63,537 bases of DNA, filler included, from Catajapyx aquilonaris (GCA_000934665.2; 2 parts of 2 records of this genome joined end to end with filler, not necessarily neighbours in it), one strand, 5' to 3'. Shown: positions 13,162-25,582, numbered from the whole stretch's first letter. Notes: generated by a model from the sequence alone, not told the origin. Made by a program: numbers and translations.

Positions 13162-14827
13162 TTAAACAGTAGACACTGTGACATCACTTGACCTCTGCGG
13201 GTTCAGACACTTGTCCCAGTCGGGCCAAAACCGTTCCTTCATCCGCAGGCAATATTCGCGAAGATTCGCCAATTCTCCTGAAATAAAAATATTGGGTAAA
13301 AAAACAGGGACGTGTTATCTGACGGGCGGGGGAATTTCCTTTAAGAATTTCCCGCATTATTAGGCAACTAACCTTTCAATAATGTGCATGTATCATGTTA
13401 CTGTATAAAGAGTGGATTTAAACAACATGACATGTTATATAAACATGTTTGATATTAAATTATTTTTGATAGCCACTGCCACTGTTACAAAGTAACAGCC
13501 ATATTGTACCCGCTAACCTAATTATATTTATGTAATATGTACTACATGAGGCTAATATTTTCTCACCGTATAATAATGGCTGGAAAGGAGAGCCTGGCAT
13601 GCACCAAAGTGGCTGGACCAACATGCCAAAAATTGCGCAGTCCAATTCGCAAGGTTCGTCTCCGAACAAAAACAGCTTGTTCGCTGTAAATAAAAGTGTG
13701 CGCAATGTATAGTGATTTACTGGTAGTGGTTTTAAAAAAATTTGGAGGTCAGATCCTCGATATTGCATAAAATAATAATTGTGAAAATTCTAAAGGCTGC
13801 TGCAATATAAAGTGGGCAAAAAAATACTGTAGTGATGCAAATAGTACGTCACATGATTTTTTTAAAAAACATTTCTGAAGCGATGATGCAAAAATAATTA
13901 CACGCGATCATGTTTGTACCTTTGTACATTGGACTAAATTAGTATTTTATTTGCACTAACCTAGAAAATGCGATATAGCAGTGAGGTCTCTCTGGGCCAA
14001 CTCGGTGACCGTGTCTGGAGAAAGACATCCCAGTCCCTGACCTTCTGACCTCCTCCTCATGCCAAACCCCATCCAGCAGACCAGCTCCATATACTTGCAC
14101 CACGGAAGCTTCAAAATGGATGTCCAGTGACCGCACGATCCATATGCAAATCTCCACAAACAAACGGCCCTGAAAAGCATTCACTCAGCATATATTTTTA
14201 CATTATCATATATGTTCAAGTAAGGTACCAGTAGAAATGTTCCTCCATCATCATCTGGAAGGCACGTCCGATTGCCCTTTCTTCAGCTGACAAATCCCTG
14301 GAGAAATTTCGTTCAAAATGACGCCCCAGATATTCCAGGCAAAGTTGGGAATCGCAGAGTTCCATGCCATTCAAGGTTATCCATGGCGTTTTTCCTGATG
14401 GGCCAAATGGCTCCTCGAAATCTACCTAAATTATTAGCGTCATTAATTTTTTATATATTTATTATTATTATTATGATTGTGCACTGACCTGGTACGTGAC
14501 CTGGGCCATTCGCAGGTACGTTTCAAGTTTGAGGCCAAATGGTGATATGTTTGGGGATGTCCTTCCTCTTGGCATCACGTGGAGGATGACCATGTCGTGT
14601 GGTGCAAGGCTCCACCTTTTTCTGTCCATTCGACAATACATCATGTTTAAAAATAGAAATGTTGTGGATATATTTATTATATTTATAAAAAGTTACCTCC
14701 GATGTGCCATTTTGATTCGTAGGATGGCGTAGAAGATAACAATGAGGACAAAGGCTGTCACCAGAAGGAACATCAGACCCAGAAAAAACTCCTGGATACC
14801 ATCCGGAATCTCCACTGTTTGAACCAT
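13162..14827 (-). CDS. fax: Failed axon connections-like, copy 2, 300 aa; exons 14827-14697, 14621-14489, 14425-14229, 14169-13961, 13683-13567, 13277-13162
   Basis: Motifs SPFGLKLETYLRMA, GKTPWITLNG, LFLFGDEPCELDCAIFG and RMKERFWPDWDK. Splice phases are consistent. Hydrophobic N-terminal segment. Confidence 0.92.
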
Positions 14828-15699
14828 CTGTTGGACATTTTTTAAAAAATTGTGTGGAGTGCACCAATTTATTTTTATATATTTAAAAAAAAAAATACTA
14901 GCAGGATATCGTCGCACGGGAATCGAATACTTTGAAATGAATTGTACAGATGTTGCTATATGTATGGCAACCCCCATTGGCATGGCAGAGTTTAGGGTGG
15001 TACAGGGGAAGGGACATGGGACATACCGACAAACTTTCCCTTTTATAATTATACACTATAAGATATGAAGATTATCAGCGATCGGGCCATATATTGGATG
15101 CTGCTTTCTTTCCCATTGGGAAAGGTCAGTTTTGCCCGTACTTTCCCTCCCCCCCCAAAACCTGCTGACATGAGCATGACCGTTATGTAACTGGTTGCTT
15201 GACCTGGGCCGGGGGCATTAACACACATATTCTGCCTTTACCTGGATCGCGTCCGTGGAAAACCGCACTTCTTATCTTGGCCTCTGGGCAGGATGAGAAC
15301 GTGCAGAATCCGGTTTCCCAGGAGGAAGAAGGAAAAAAAGACAATGGACTGCCCCTCTTCAGAGTCCTCTACTGATCCAAACTGACCTCCAGCAGAATCC
15401 CAAAACAGGAAAAAATAATAAAAAATGGATATGGGCCACACCCTTGGTTTTTTTTAAAGTAAGGATCATTCGTGCTGTGTGATGCAAATCTGGCAACCGT
15501 GTGATCCAAAATCTGTGCAGTTTCCTCTGCCCAGATTATCACGAATCACGAAACGGAAGGAATTGAGTGTCCGCTTCAACCACACACACCCACACACACA
15601 AAATGTGGGCTTTGGGGTCAGAGACTGTGCCCACCTGGATTATAAAATGCCTGCACACACACATGTAATACTTCACATTAAAATATTGTGTGCTGCGAG

Positions 15700-16320
15700 G
15701 TTAGGACGTGACACTGCAACTATTATAAAAATTATTATTAGTAGTAATCATTGTGAAATATGAAAATGTTAATTATGAAATTATCATGTTAATTATTGTG
15801 AAATATGAAAATGTTAATTATGAAATTATAGTGTTGTTAATTATGAATTTATTAATAATAATTTTTATATTAGTTTAGTACATGTCTAATGTGTGCTATT
15901 AACCAAATTATGCCCATTTTCAAATAAATTATGCAGTGTCACGTCCTAACTAATAATACACTAATTCAATAATCAAATTTAATAATTCATTTAATAACAA
16001 TTCAATACGGTAATGATTAATAAGCTTTCATAACTTAACAATAAATTTATTCTTACTGTAAATATAATTCATTTCTAAATTATTATGTAATTCAGTGTAA
16101 AATTATTGATTATTACGGTAAACATTTAATTTCTAAATTATTAATGGAATTATTATGAAATTGTTAAACTATTCATTATTAAATCGAATTAATTTCTAAA
16201 TTACTACTCGTTAATCTATTTATTGTTAAGTTATGAAATATTATTATAGGCCTAATTATTACCGTATTGAATTGTTATTAAATGAATTATTAAACTGGAT
16301 TATTGAATTAGTGCGTTATT
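15700..16320. repeat. Two adjacent AT-rich inverted-repeat (foldback/MITE-like) elements
   Basis: GTTAGGACGTGACACTGCA (15700) is inverted against TGCAGTGTCACGTCCTAAC (ends 15950). ~15953-16045 is an imperfect reverse complement of ~16218-16320. Confidence 0.7.
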
Positions 16321-17334
16321 AAATTATTGCACAGTACCGTAATTATTACACTATAATATTAATTATTACACTATCGAATAACTTATCATTATTAAGTTAA
16401 ATTGTTATGTATAAAAATTTATTATTGGAGAATTAATTGCAGAATATGAAAGTGACATCCGGAGCATATATTAATTGCGTAATGCTCATTGCATAACATT
16501 GTGGGTTGGATTGCTTCTAGACATGTTCATGTCTTTAAAAATGTTCATGTCAGACATGCAACACCGAGCATGACGCGTTTAATGCACCTGTAACTTCACT
16601 GACATCTGTTGCGATTACATACAAAGTCCTTCATTTTGCCACCTTCCGGCCCTGGAATGAACTGCAAGTACACTGTTCAATGAGAGTGCGCGTAATCTAA
16701 ATTCGTAATTATTATCGTGTGGGCACAGAACTTGTCATACCGGAAGTATACTGCGCAATTATCGCGTACAATATCTGGACACCTTGATCTGGACGATTGA
16801 AAATGTCACCCTCGGTCACACTTCTATGAACTCTGGCGATTGTTCATCCTGGCAACCTTTAATTAATTGAATTTTTGGGGTCAACTTGTGGGTGCTGGTA
16901 CATTCCCTGAACTAATTATTATTCCACAGCATAAAAGCTGCACTTGATATGATTTCTTTCCCAGATGTCATACGCAGTGGGCGTGCTGAGAGTTGGAACT
17001 ATGCAAATTGGCTCAACACCACGTTACAATTGTACCGATTCGTGTTAGTTACACCCCTGTGTATGTCGTCGTACTGATCTCTGCTCCTAGCTTTCGTCGC
17101 CGACTCATACCCAGCACGTGCTACGAAACAGTCGGTACCGTTGATAACATTTATTTTTTTCTAGTCTTTCCACCCAATGAAAGAGTCTCTTTCAAAAGAT
17201 TTCTCTCCCTGCCTAGATTATATTAGAAGCCGGATAAAACGGGCCATAAAAAAAAGAGGGGGGGAGGTTCTCGACTCGTGTGTGGTACCAGCTTCTTTTG
17301 GAGAAACAAGTTGTCAGCGATAAGACTCAGGAGA

Positions 17335-19313
17335 ATGATGGTGGTTGTGATTGGAGCCTTCCTCTGCTGCCTCTCGATTGCTTCATCATCATCATCAGCT
17401 GAAGGTAAAACTATCTCTCTCTCTTTTTTGTTTATGCACGTTTGTAATAACAACGTGTCCGATGACAGCAGGACCATCGTTTCTGGACGTCCCAACAAAC
17501 GTGACTGTCCGAGAAGGAGAGACCATCCAGCTGCAATGCATGGTACAGAATCTGTCCAGACACAAGGTAACTTATTATTCGCAATAGTTTATGTTCGATC
17601 ACTCCGGATATGTGCATCTGTTTGTCCGCTGTATGTGGCAACGTCGCATTTGCTCCCCCCCTCCAAACGTAGCGTTGGAAATAGGTCCAGAACTTATATC
17701 ATGAGGGGGTCTCCAGATCAAAAGCGGCTAAGTCCATTTTTGGGGGGGTGTAACACAAATACGTGCAGCAATAATGTATTTTAATGTCATTAGGTATTAA
17801 TTGCACATTTGCGTATTGTAGTTGAGCCGTGGCAACTTATAGACGAAAAAAGTTTCAAGATTGTACCAGTGAAAGTTAAGTAATCAGCAGTATTTGGTCA
17901 TTTTACGACCGGTTTTTTGGGGGTACTTAGCCGCCTTTGATCTGAGACCCAAGCTATCATTGCTAATGCCAACCCTGCACGGTGCGCGAACTGTGATGCG
18001 CACTCGTATATAGTGTGTACAGAGGGCGCCATCTATGTGAGGAATTTGGTAGTATTGGTCGTGGGCCAGTGTTGCCAACTTTCTCATTGCCACTTTATCT
18101 ATACTGGAGAGTACATATTCTGGTGACAATTACAGGTGGCGTGGATTAGGTTAAAGAACAGCGGAATTTTGTCCATCGGAACACACCTGATCACTAGAGA
18201 CTACAGGGTGACTGCCACGCACGAAAATGACACCGTGTGGACACTGAGGATAACAGGGGCACTCAAAAGAGACGCTGGCTGGTATTTTTGTCAGATCAAC
18301 ACCGATCCGCTCATGGCTCAAAAACACTACGTCAATGTTGTTGGTAAGAGTCACTAATTAAAGTACTAATGTTGTCACTAATGGTTTACATTTAATTGTT
18401 GAATTGTTAAGATCCGCCGCGTGTTGCTGAACACGACGTGTCAAGAGAGCTGAAGCCGCCTGTATTCACCTCCAGATTGCAAAATGTCACTGCTGAACCT
18501 GGTGATAACGTGTCCTTTTCATGCAGAGTTGACCACATTGGTGACTTCAAGGTATAATTTTTAGTGACACAGATCATGCACTTTTTTTACTAAACATTGC
18601 ATCTTGTATAGGTGACATGGCTGTTTAAGGACCAGCAGGGAGTTCTGTTCATGGGTCACCAGAGATGGACCCATGATAACCGGTTCTGGGTGGTCAGCCG
18701 TGACCTTGACCTGACCTGGGAGCTGCACATTAGGGAGGTTCAACCAAGAGACACTGGAGTGTATGCATGTGCAATTGCGGCCAAACCCAGCTGGATTGTC
18801 CAGAATGGCTATCTGAACGTGACCCTGAACGAGACCTTGCCCATCAGTTTCAAGGGGATGCTTGGGGACATTCAGGTCACTCAGGGAGACACGGCGTCGC
18901 TGACCTGCACAGTGGACAACCTAGGAAACTACAAGGTCACAGGTCACCACCCAATAAAATTTGCCAAAATGTTAACTCCCAGTCATATATTACAGGTGTC
19001 CTGGATCAATGTGTCGTCCAGAGAGATACTGTCGGTAGGCCACACCCTGCTGACCTCTGACCCCAGATTTGACCTGCTGACCAACGACCAGAAATGGACC
19101 TTGCAGATTCGAAACGTGCAGCAACGAGACTCGGGCGTGTACAAATGCCAGATCAACACGCAACCACAAGTGGACCAAATTGGGTCACTGGTTGTCCACA
19201 AACAGGTGACCACACGTGCTCCTGTCCACGAAGGTCAAAGGTCAAACACCAACAGACTCGCTACGACAACAGTAATGATCCTAATTGCTGTAATAAGCTC
19301 ACACGTACTTTAA
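17335..19313 (+). CDS. Three-Ig-domain cell-surface protein, DIP/Lachesin/Dpr-related, probable GPI anchor, ~385 aa; exons 17335-17404, 17469-17566, 18136-18343, 18412-18551, 18612-18935, 18996-19313
   Basis: Signal peptide; three Ig domains ending DAGWYFCQINTDP, DTGVYACAIAAKP and DSGVYKCQINTQP; hydrophobic C-terminus with no cytoplasmic tail. Confidence 0.88.
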
Positions 19314-19617
19314 ATTCTTGCTTTTTTATTTTTGATCCTGTTGTTACAAGTCTGCCCCCCACAACAATCTTGCTCACAACCTCGTTAAATTTAAAGCAGC
19401 AGCCCATTTATCTTGTACTGTTTAAATCCATCAGGGGCTTTGTACTTAACCAGAGTCAATTAAATTTGTACTTTTTTTGACTTTGTAGTTTTCACCGTGT
19501 CAACTTACCACCACCAGTAAAAAATTCTTTATAAAAAAATTGCAGGAACCAGCTTAAAAACTTAAAGCCGTTTAAAAAGGAACCCAAGTTAAAGTTAACG
19601 GTGGTTAACATTCGTGT

Positions 19618-20696
19618 TCAGTACACCATTCCAAGGACAGACTTCCAGGGACTCCAGCCCTTGTCATCCTCGTCGTCATCTTCCTCTTTCTTTCCGTCAG
19701 TGTCCATCGAACCATCAGCAGTCTTGACCTCTCCGTCAGTCTTGTCCTGGTCAGTCTTGACCTCACGTGTGTCCAGCACGCTCTGGAAGGTGGTGGTCAT
19801 CCTGGCTATCTCAGTGTCGATGCTAGTAGCCTGGTATGTACTACGAAGTTGCTCTTGGTGCCACACACGGACAATGTTGTTGAAGCCCTGAAGACGCACC
19901 TCGTACTCATGGGTCATCAGCAGGTCCTGCACAGGTCACGAGTTAAAGCTTCAATGTGAAATCAGATGACCTATGAACTTACCTCGATGACCTCAGGCAG
20001 CTGGGGACACTGTCCTCGGTAGTAGTTGTCCAGATAACGCAAATGCTCCTTACAGGTGACAACATTGGCCATCAGCTCTTCCTCTCGTTTCTTCAGCTCC
20101 TTTGTGTCCATGTCCAGCAGAAGCTTGTATCGAGCCACGTTGACCTCCAGGTTGGTCATCGCCGTAATAATCTCGTACGTCACGAAGTATCTGTTCCTGC
20201 GAACGAAAAAAAAAAAATACATCAGTACCATTTAACCCCATCGTTTTGACACTAACGTACTCAAGATCATCTGAAGTGGACAGTCGATGTATGCAGCTCT
20301 GGAAGTTCTTGACCGCAGCATCCACTTGCTGGAAGTGGTCCAGCATCTTCAGCAGCTTGTCCATGACCAAGGAGACCTGAGAGGCCTGCTCTATGGTCAT
20401 CAGAGCTATGGCAGCGCGGCAGCAGGTGTAACGGTCACTTGTGTTGAAACCTCGATCTTCTCGGCGGACAACTGCAAAACATGTCAAAAGGTCACTCCCA
20501 ATAATTGAACACCCCCCAAAAAATAATGGACAAGTTGGCGTCATTGTCACCCGAAAGTCCCAGATAATCCGGTCACTTTCACTTCTCAATGACAAATTGA
20601 CCATTATTATTGCCATCCAACTTGAAGTCAACACATTTGCTCCATTTGACGAGCCTGGGTTTTGACCTTACCAGAGTTAGCTGCCTGCGCTGCCAT
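19618..20696 (-). CDS. Uncharacterised helical protein 'C', 252 aa; exons 20696-20672, 20471-20261, 20196-19983, 19926-19618
   Basis: GT-AG introns join the separate ORF pieces in frame (MAAQAANSVVRRED...EEDDDEDDKGWSPWKSVLGMVY). No family recognised; the first exon is the least certain. Confidence 0.75.
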
Positions 20697-21291
20697 GACC
20701 CCCGAAATTTGACCTGGACCTTTTTTGTTGTAGGCTGCTGACCCCCACGTCTTGCTTGTCTTCCAGCAGATCTTAACACAAGCTGTCCAAGAAGCCAACT
20801 AAGCACAAGAAGGCGGGACACGAGCCAAAAAAAAGCCTTTTGTGAGCTCAAAAGAGATAAGAACTGGTGTGACGTCTTACTAGATCACTATTGGTTTATT
20901 TTTGTGGGGTTTGACGGGAAAATCCAGCACTTAGCATTTGGGGGGAAGGGGGATTATGTTAGAAGGGGTTGGAAAGTGAGAAGTAAAATTCACCTATTTT
21001 TAGTGCAATTTTAGCATATTATTTTTTCTTGTAGCTTAAATCACCAGACATTAACTGGGAGGGGGGGAAATGCAGATTGTCAATTTTTGCAATTTTTTTA
21101 AGGACGCTGCTGCAGCTCAGTTGTGCGAAAAATTATCTTAGGAAATATTGGTTGTGCATAAGTGTAAAAATGAGCTACATATTAAAATTTAAAAAATTTA
21201 AAAATAGCTAATGCTCCTGGCCTGATGAAGTGGCGATGTTAATTTACAGCTGCTTGTTCTGCAATTTATTTATTTCTTTTGTAAAATAACG

Positions 21292-21830
21292 AATATTATT
21301 TCCTGAGATATTGCCCTATTTGCCTATTAGATAAAACACCTTGAAGATATATTGCAAAAATTCTTAATATATTTTTTTCAAAAATTTGTGGCTCAATTTG
21401 TCCATATACTGGTTCACCAAAATATTCGTATTAAATCAAAATCGCATTTTCTGAGATATTGCCGATTAGATAAAAACGTCTTAAAGACCATAGCAATGTA
21501 GTTGCAAAAAATCGCAATTTTGTAATGCATGTGGTTTAATTGTCCACACTGGTTCACCCAAAAAAAATATTTTCGTATTGAAATAAATCGCAAAATATGA
21601 TTTCCTGAGATTAGATTTCAAAAACACCACAAATTCTTTTCAAGAAAATTATACATGTGTCGTTGGTTCGCCCCAAAAAAATGTATGCATTCAAAATCAC
21701 AAAGTATTGTTTTCTGAGATATTTCCGATTAGGTAAAAACCCCCCCAAAAAATGTTAATAATTTTTAATAGCGTACATGTGGCTCATATGGTTCACCAAA
21801 AAAATATATTCGTATTCATTCAAAATCACA
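21292..21830. repeat. Four degenerate ~110-155 bp tandem units
   Basis: TT(T/C)CTGAGAT..., TGGTTC(A/G)CC and AAATC(G/A)CA blocks recur in units starting near 21298, 21446, 21601 and 21710. Confidence 0.75.
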
Positions 21831-21950
21831 ATCCATTTATTAAACAGTATGCAACCTATAAAACAACATTATTGACAAATCCTTATAAAATTAGGGCATT
21901 AAAACAACGAGGCCAAAAATAATCCACAAAAAAAATTAAAAAATTTGGGA

Positions 21951-22825
21951 TCAGTACATATTTGGAAATCGCCAGCTGATGTAAGATGGGGGCAGAGGGG
22001 GCGGTGGGGCAATGAAATTAAGAGGGGGCGGGGGCATAATTGTTGTGGGTGGGTACAGAGGGTTGAATGGGAACTGCATGTATTGTTGGGGAAGGAACGG
22101 ATCGGATTGGATCGGAACGGGTTGGACAGGTTCGGGCGGGTTTGAACGGACGAAAAAAGGTTGGGCCTCAGGGTTCAGATCAGATTTGGGAGTGACTGGC
22201 CTTGGGTTATTCTGGGGCTCGGGTTGGTCAGCTTTGACCTTCACATTGATGGCGACCCATTGGACATACCCGCACACAACTGGGTTCAACTTTGTCTCCA
22301 AAATGGACACCTCCTTTTTAGATCTGACGCGTCGATCCTCCATGCGAGGAAGCCAGTTCTCAAGAGCCTCCAAGTGACCATGAAACTTGTGGTTATCCAC
22401 CATGTATTGGACCACGAATGACTTGACCGGATCGTTCTTCCAGAGGTCAAGGTTCATGGATGCGATCATGGTCTGGAGCTGGGTGCGATTGCTCTCCATG
22501 TCTTGGCAGCCACGTGCCATTGTCTCCTTGCACATGTTCAGAATCTTCATGTTATCATCTCGCTGCTTCGGTCTGCGATATGGGGCAACAATTAATTGCA
22601 CAGACACATAAAATTGAACTATAATAATTAAACTCACGTGTGTTGCAGCTCTTTGTTGTAGTGCTCAGCGTACCATTGTTGCAGCTTGATGCATTCTTGG
22701 TGCTTGGTCTGGTACAGTTCGGACAAACACTGGATCCTGTCCTGTCCGTCTTTTATCTTCTCCGGAAGTGTCATAATCACGTCTTGGCAACACTTATTCG
22801 GGAGAACAATGCTGCTCAAGTCCAT
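21951..22825 (-). CDS. Uncharacterised protein 'A', 269 aa: helical N-terminus, PAM2-like motif, Pro-rich tail; coding exons 22825-22638, 22572-21951
   Basis: A 65-nt phase-2 GTGAGT..CGCAG intron joins two ORFs. Acceptor just upstream of the ATG and a GTATGT donor near 22893. Contains SDLNPEAQPFFV. Confidence 0.78.
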
Positions 22826-23027
22826 CACCGGCTGTAATGAGCATTGTTAATAATATAATTGCAGACAGGAGGTTATTGAGTAAACAGTACATACCAGGCT
22901 CACACCTTCACGTCTCGACTCAATTTTTGGCACTGATCATATTTTCTGTAAGACTGATGAACTCAACCCTTTCAAACAAAATGTACCCAATCAAACAGAG
23001 CACATTTTTTTTTATTGCCACATTGAC

Positions 23028-23653
23028 CTACACAATTGTTGTAATATGACGCGGTATGTCGCCATGTCCGCCGTGGGTGTGAAGCCCTGCAAAAATTACA
23101 TTACTGGCCGGTAATTATTGTGTAATAATTGTACAGCTTACATTCTGTGTCTTGCTCTTCTTCAGAATCGGAGTCTGGATACACTGCACGTCTTGAAATT
23201 CGCAATCGACCTGTCGCAAAAAAATCGCATGAATATTTATTGCCAAATTTATTTTCGCACAATTACCTCGTGGATATCTGGAGCAATTGTGGTGATAAAA
23301 TGGCAGCTGTTGCATGAAAATCCTGCGTTCATCAGCTTCCTGCATAAAAATCATTAATCGTCACTGATGGACCTGGTCTAGACCAGGTCCAGTATAGTGT
23401 GCACACTTGGACCTGGTCCTGTTCACCCCCCGAAAAATCGTACCATTCGTGCCTTGATGCATCTCTTGCTGACCAGGTGTATGAAACGGGCCAACAATTC
23501 GGTTGCGGTCACAGCGACTATCACGGCCAGCATGACCCAAGCGTAACCTTTGATGACCTCCACCAAAAAATCCCACGTGGAGAAGTCCACCTTCTGATTT
23601 TTGGTCAAATGGTACACCTGAGAATCCACAACCAGGAATTCCGACTGATCCAT
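23028..23653 (-). CDS. Uncharacterised small single-pass membrane protein 'E', 136 aa; exons 23653-23444, 23339-23267, 23210-23142, 23086-23028
   Basis: Three GT-AG introns keep frame. Hydrophobic YAWVMLAVIVAVTATELLA; ends HITTIV*. TATAAT upstream and AATAAA just after the stop. Confidence 0.72.
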
Positions 23654-23869
23654 TGTTGTCCAGGGGGGTCACCATGACATCAATTAAGTTCAATGTACTA
23701 TTATACACGCGACCTGCGCTTTTTTATTATTTCATTGAATTACAATAATATAGGATATATAATAAATGGGAGTAAATACATTATTAGAATGGGAGTTGGT
23801 GAGTACAATAATCAAAAAACACATTGTTGACCGGCCCTGCTTGATCATAAAAGGTATTGTTGCCCAAAT

Positions 23870-24942
23870 TTAAACGAGGTTCATCAGGTAGGACCGGACA
23901 TAGACTGGGTTGCGTTGTAGTACCCCGGTGCGCTGTAATGAGACAATGTGTGAGTACTGTTGCAGCATTGTTGCGGGTTGTGTAAGAATGTACCTGTGGC
24001 ATCCGTTACCGGACATGAGGTACAGTGTGGCCGGTGCGGACGGACCTCCTTGGGGTGCATCGCCGTTCATCATGAGCATGACCGGTACCTGCGGGGACGT
24101 ACCGGGAGGGCAGCAGTGACCTGACACGACCGGACGAGCGTTTGGGTTCAGGACCACGTACATCGGACCATGATCACGGTACGTACTGGACGGACCAGGC
24201 ACCAACGTCGACAATCCGGTACCTGCGTCGGTACTGTTGCACTGCCGACCTCGAAGTCTCTCTTTGGCTGTAGCACGTTCCTCCAGGTCGACCAGGATAT
24301 GACGCAGCTCCTCCAACGGCGACCTTTGACCCTTCTCAGCCAGCCGGGTCTTCAGGTCAGGGTCACTCTCCCAGATACGGCACATGGACTCCATACGACT
24401 CAGGTAGCACAGTAGCCGCTTACGACGTGTCTCAAACGCAGCATCGTCCTCCCTGCAATCAGAATAGGTCATCAAATGCACCCAGGTCATATCAAAAAAT
24501 GTACTCACTTGCACATGGCTAATGCTTCGAACGCCTCGTGGTTCCTGTCCACCCCATACTTGGCCGACGGTACCATCTTCCTCAAGGTGAGCTCGAGCCA
24601 TCCGAAATGCTCGGTACGTTCCTTCCCTTTCTGCAACCGGTCCTGCAGCTCGGTCATCAAATCCTCCAAAAACCGGAGGACCCATTTCCACAACGAGGTC
24701 GCAACCTGCAGTGCATCGTCCTTGGAGTACTCCTCAGTCAACGAAGTCTGAGCAAACGCAACGATAATGAAGCTCTCAGTGAACCGATGCGCCTGACGAC
24801 ACACGTCGCACCAACGTCTCACAACCTGGCACTGGAAACGCTCCAGCTTCAACCGCCACTGTATATTATCCAGCAGCTTCTGATGATGAAAACTCTGCTT
24901 ATTCTTGTAGTACGACCTATGACCCTTCCCGACCTGATCCAT
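23870..24942 (-). CDS. Uncharacterised protein 'B': helical N-terminus, degenerate PAM2-like motif; intron 24508-24453 and probable in-frame intron ~24822-24748
   Basis: A 56-nt GTGAGT..TGCAG intron joins the 150-aa and 273-aa ORFs (AMCK|EDDAAFE). Sequence blocks resemble protein A. Confidence 0.78.
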
Positions 24943-25039
24943 CCCGCAGACTGACACCCCAGCACTGGCCGTACACTCCTCTTATCAGCACTTCAACCAG
25001 TCTAATTGAACCCATTCAAATTGGCCGCTACACGTAATA

Positions 25040-25582
25040 AGTATCGGAATGTATCGATAAGTACCGGAATGTATCGATAAGTACAGGCAAATATCGATAA
25101 TTATGTAGCGAAAGCATTTAAAATGTTGAAAATATCGATATATGCCAAGAATATCGATTTATGTTGTAAATATCTATTTATGTTGAAAATATCGATTTAT
25201 GGTGAAAATTATCGATTATAGTTGAAAATATCGATTTATGTTGAAAAATATCGATTTGTGTTGAAAAATATCGATTACAGATGAAAAATATCGATTACTG
25301 TTGAAAAATATCGATTACTGTTGAAAAATATCGATTGATGTTGAAAAATATCGATTACTGGTGAAAAATATCGATTACTGTTGAAAAATATCGATTTATG
25401 TTGAAAAATATCGATTTATGTTGAAAAACATCGATTTGTGTTGTAAAATATCGATTACGGGTAAAAAATATCGATTACGGGTAAAAAATATCGATATATG
25501 CTGCAAATATCGATTAATGTCATAAAAATATCGATATATGTCGACAAGTATCGATAAGTATCGGCAGACGATTGTATCGAGT
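25040..25582. promoter_or_regulatory. Tandem array of ~20-bp units carrying DRE-like TATCGAT(A/T), between divergent genes B and D
   Basis: About 24 ATCGAT cores counted; consensus TTGAAAAATATCGATT(T/A)(A/C)TG; several perfect TATCGATA near both ends. The repeat is certain; a regulatory role is inferred. Confidence 0.65.

Noticed and set aside
25040..25582. CRISPR array or baculovirus/nudivirus hr origin
   Set aside because: There are no unique spacers. The flanking genes have spliceosomal introns and no viral core gene is recognisable.
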